A stretch of 64,000 nucleotides of DNA from Podarcis bocagei (Eukaryota): assembly GCA_964188305.1 (NCBI GenBank), contig OZ076888.1; one strand, 5' to 3'. The translations under genes and the position numbers were made by a program. Positions 60,642-64,000 of this stretch are shown here, in pieces. The notes beneath the pieces were generated by a model. The model did not search any database, had not been told where the DNA came from, and saw nothing but the letters and a program-made list of their open reading frames with translations. The stretch's first letter is position 1. Each line of letters starts with the position of its first letter.

Positions 60642-62138
60642 CCGTATTTTTCGCCCCATAAGACGCACTTTTTCCCCTCCAAAAATGAAGGGGAAATGTG
60701 CCTGCGTCTTATGGGGCGAATGCAGGCTTTCGCTGAAGCCTGGAGAGCGAGGGGGGTCGGTGCGTACCGACCCCTCTCGCTCTCCAGGCTTCAGGAAGCT
60801 CTGCGCAACCCTCGGGAGACCGCCCCGCTCCCGGTGGCCCTGCAGAGCTGCCTGCGCTCCTGGGACCAGCGCAGCTCTGCCCGGCCACCGGGAGCCGGGG
60901 GAGAAGCTCCGCCCCGCTCCCGGTGGCCCTGCAGAGCTGCCTGCGCTCCTGGGACCAGCGCAGCTCTGCCCGGCCACCGGGAGCCGGGGGAGAAGCTCCG
61001 CCCCGCTCCCGGTGGCCCTGCAGAGCTGCCTGCGCTCCTGGGACCAGCGCAGCTCTGCGCCGCCATCCCGAGCGGGGCGCTAAGTCCCGCCCCGCTCGGG
61101 ATGGCGGCACAGAGCTGCCTGCCGTCGCGGGACTGCAGGCAGGTCTACGCCGCCATCCCGAGCGGTGCGCTAAGTCCCGCCCCGCTCGGGATGGCGGCAC
61201 AGATCTGCCTGCCGTCGCGGGACCGCAGGCAGGTCTACGCCGCCATCCCGAGCGGTGCGCTAAGTCCCGCCCCGCTCGGGATGGCGGCAGAGATCTGCCT
61301 GCCGTCGCGGGACCGCAGGCAGGTCTACGCCGCCATCCCGAGCGGTGCGCTAAGTCCCGCCCCGCTCGGGATGGCGGCACAGATCTGCCTGCCGTCGCGG
61401 GACCGCAGGCAGGTCTACGCCGCCATCCCGAGCGGTGCGCTAAGTCCCGCCCCGCTCGGGATGGCGGCACAGATCTGCCTGCCGTCGCGGGACCGCAGGC
61501 AGGTCTACGCCGCCATCCCGAGCGGTGCGCTAAGTCCCGCCCCGCTCGGGATGGCGGCAGAGATCTGCCTGCCGTCGCGGGACCGCAGGCAGGTCTACGC
61601 CGCCATCCCGAGCGGTGCGCTAAGTCCCGCCCCGCTGGGATGGCGGCAGAGATCTGCCTGCCGTCGCGGGACCGCAGGCAGGTCTACGCCGCCATCCCGA
61701 GCGGTGCGCTAAGTCCCGCCCCGCTGGGATGGCGGCAGAGATCTGCCTGCCGTCGCGGGACTGCAGGCAGGTCTACGCCGCCATCCCGAGCGGTGCGCTA
61801 AGTCCCGCCCCACTCGGGATGGCGGCAGAGATCTGCCTGCCGTCGCGGGACCGCAGGCAGGTCTACGCCGCCATCACGAGCGGGGCGCTAAGTCCCGCCC
61901 CGCTCGGGATGGCGGCACAGAGCTGCCTGCCATCGCGGGACTGGTGCACTTCTCCCCATCGCCAGCCCCACAAGCTCGGGGGACAGCGGGGAGGCAGAGC
62001 GTGCCTTCCCACTGTTCCCCGACCTGGTTCTTCCAGCCCCGCACCTGGGGGGGAAATAAATTTTTTTTTCTTTATTTCCCCCCCAAAAAACTAGGTGCGT
62101 CTTATGGGCCGGAGCGTCTTATGGGGCGCAAAATACGG
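60642..62138 (-). mobile_element. Non-autonomous Tc2/pogo-like element, copy 2, inverted relative to 4333-5730 and with a different interior
   Basis: TA|ccgtatttttcgccccataagacgc ... gcgtcttatggggcgcaaaatacgg|TA; about 85 bp at each end match copy 1. Confidence 0.93.
60821..61943. repeat. 89-90-bp palindromic CpG-rich minisatellite, about 12.5 units of two sequence types in one register
   Basis: Unit starts (cgcccc[g/a]ct) at 60821, 60910, 60999 (type A) and 61088, 61178, 61268, 61358, 61448, 61538, 61628, 61717, 61806, 61896 (type B). Confidence 0.95.
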
Positions 62139-63761
62139 TACCTTGCAATTGCTCTGTGATGCTAAGAAGCTCTTGGGATGGAACCCTAGATAAAAGGTTT
62201 GGATGTTTCTGCACCAGTTTATGGCATGAGGTAGATATCCATTCTATTCCCCCACAATTCTGCCACCTCTCACCTGTATCCTCCCCCCCCCCATTCCACT
62301 TTGTATACAATGGCAATATTTGAAATGGGAATCTGCACCCTTTAGTAAATCCCTTGGACCAGACTTGTGTGGTTTTGGTAGCGTGAAACGGTCCCTTCTG
62401 GGAGGTGTAGCTACTGATGCAATGTGGAGTAACGATGGGCAGAAGCCAGCCTGGCAGCCTGGTTTTCTTCTCTTGGTGCAGGCAATATCTGCAACAGTAA
62501 CGTAAAAGGCTCCAAATGCAGGCGTTGGCCAGTGAGACCGGTTGCAGCAAACAGGCAGCTTTGCTTCCCCTTTTACTGTGTGTATTTTATTTTATGTTAC
62601 TTCAGTCTCTGCTGAAGGTATGGCTATGTATCTCCTGATCACGTAGGTTTCCAAATGCTGGCTTTATTACCATGGGTTGGAAAGCCGAATAACATTCAAA
62701 CTGCCAAGGAAAAGGAAAACCTTGATTGTGCCCAAACTGTCCAGGAATCTGCTGGCTTCTCAGTCCTTGGCTTTGGAGTATGTTGTTCTGCCTTTATGAA
62801 ACTGAAAGGCTGGTTCCAGGATTCTTTTTTGGGGGGTGGGGGGCATCGTGTAAGATCCATCAGTGAGTCTCTTACCCAGTGAAAGATAGTAGGGAGAGAG
62901 GACATTTATTTATCCCTTCCAGGTGTCCCAGCACCCTTCCTCACCTTTGCATCACACTCCTGCAATCTCTTAGTTTCCCAGTGGGGTGGGAGAAATCTCA
63001 CCCCATCTCCCCTGTTCTCTGTGCACTCCTAAGGGAGTTGGAGGAAGGTTACTTTCGTGTTATGCTAGGCTCCTGAGAAGGCCAGAGCAGGGCTGCTTTT
63101 GTTTTTCCTGGTAACCTTGTGCGTAGTGTGAAAATAGCAACCTCGCCAGCTTGATGGGCCCTTCAGAAACCTCTTAACTCACGTTTCCCAAGCTGTGATT
63201 GCTGCCATTATGTTATATTACAATAGCCAGCGCTACTTCATGTTTTATAAGCTTGGAAGCATTTAAGCATCAGAGTGTAGAAACCTGACTGAGAACAAGG
63301 GTGGGTGGGTGGGTGGGTGTGCAGAAGAATTATTGGGCGCAAGTGCAACATGGTCATGCCATCATGTTCATTCCTTGCAATGACATGGATGAAAGCCAGA
63401 GCCTGCATTTCCTGTCCTCAGTCCCTCTCTGGAGTGTCATTCCACAGAGCTGGCATAGATTTGAGCCCAGCAGGCATGGGGTTCCAAAAGCTTCATTACC
63501 TACAGTGCACCTCTAGGAAGTAAAAGGGCTCCTGCTGTTTTATGTACAGAGTGCTCTATTAAAGAACACTATTACAGCCCCCGGCGGGGTGGTGGCGATG
63601 GATGGTGGAAGATGCATTTTGCATGGCTGATCGGTACCGGCAGGAACTTGCTGCTCTTGTATTTGCACGTGGAGATTATTTGGTGCTATGGTTCAAGGGC
63701 AGGTGTGTTTAATAATTCCACAGGAGTTCGTGGCAGTGGTGATGCATGGCACTTCCATATA

Positions 63762-63976
63762 CAGTGGTACCTTGGGTTAAGAACTTAATTTGTTCTGGAG
63801 GTCCGTTCTTAACCGGAAACTATTCTTAACCTGAGGTACCACTTTAGCTAATGGGGCCTCCCGCTGCCAGCACACGATTTCTGTTCTCATCCTGAAGCAA
63901 AGTTCTTAACCCGAGGTACTATTTCTGGGTTAGCAGAGTCTGTAACCTGAAGTATCTGTAACCCGAGGTACCACTG
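63762..63976 (-). mobile_element. Tigger-like MITE (20500 family, inverted)
   Basis: TA|cagtggtaccttgggttaag...taacccgaggtaccactg|TA. Confidence 0.9.
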
Positions 63977-64000
63977 TACTTGCTAGAACTCCTGCACATT

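Noticed and set aside
60537-62094. 366-aa and 292-aa ORFs
   Set aside because: Same artefact: translation of the 89-90-bp array.

Overview
Vertebrate genomic DNA from a squamate reptile, most likely a lacertid lizard (Sauria SINEs, lizard-type CR1, L2 and L1 LINE 3' ends, many TA- and 8-bp-TSD MITEs). It reads as a long intron or intergenic region. I could not identify any host protein-coding exon; the only real protein remnants are LINE ORF2 fragments. There is one 139-N assembly gap (41735-41873). The main feature is a set of non-autonomous Tc1/mariner-superfamily elements (two Tc2-like at 4333-5730 and 60642-62138, one Tigger/pogo-like at 6290-8051). Their short terminal shells are conserved, but the interiors are very GC/CpG-rich and built almost entirely from hairpins that have been tandemly amplified (units of about 60, 66, 89-90 and 106 bp). 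Copies of the same family carry different arrays or none. One array shows mirrored substitutions in both hairpin arms, and another contains a fold-back inversion. The window also has two dateable nested-insertion clusters, a clean solo LTR and several motif-rich repeat-free blocks that may be enhancers.
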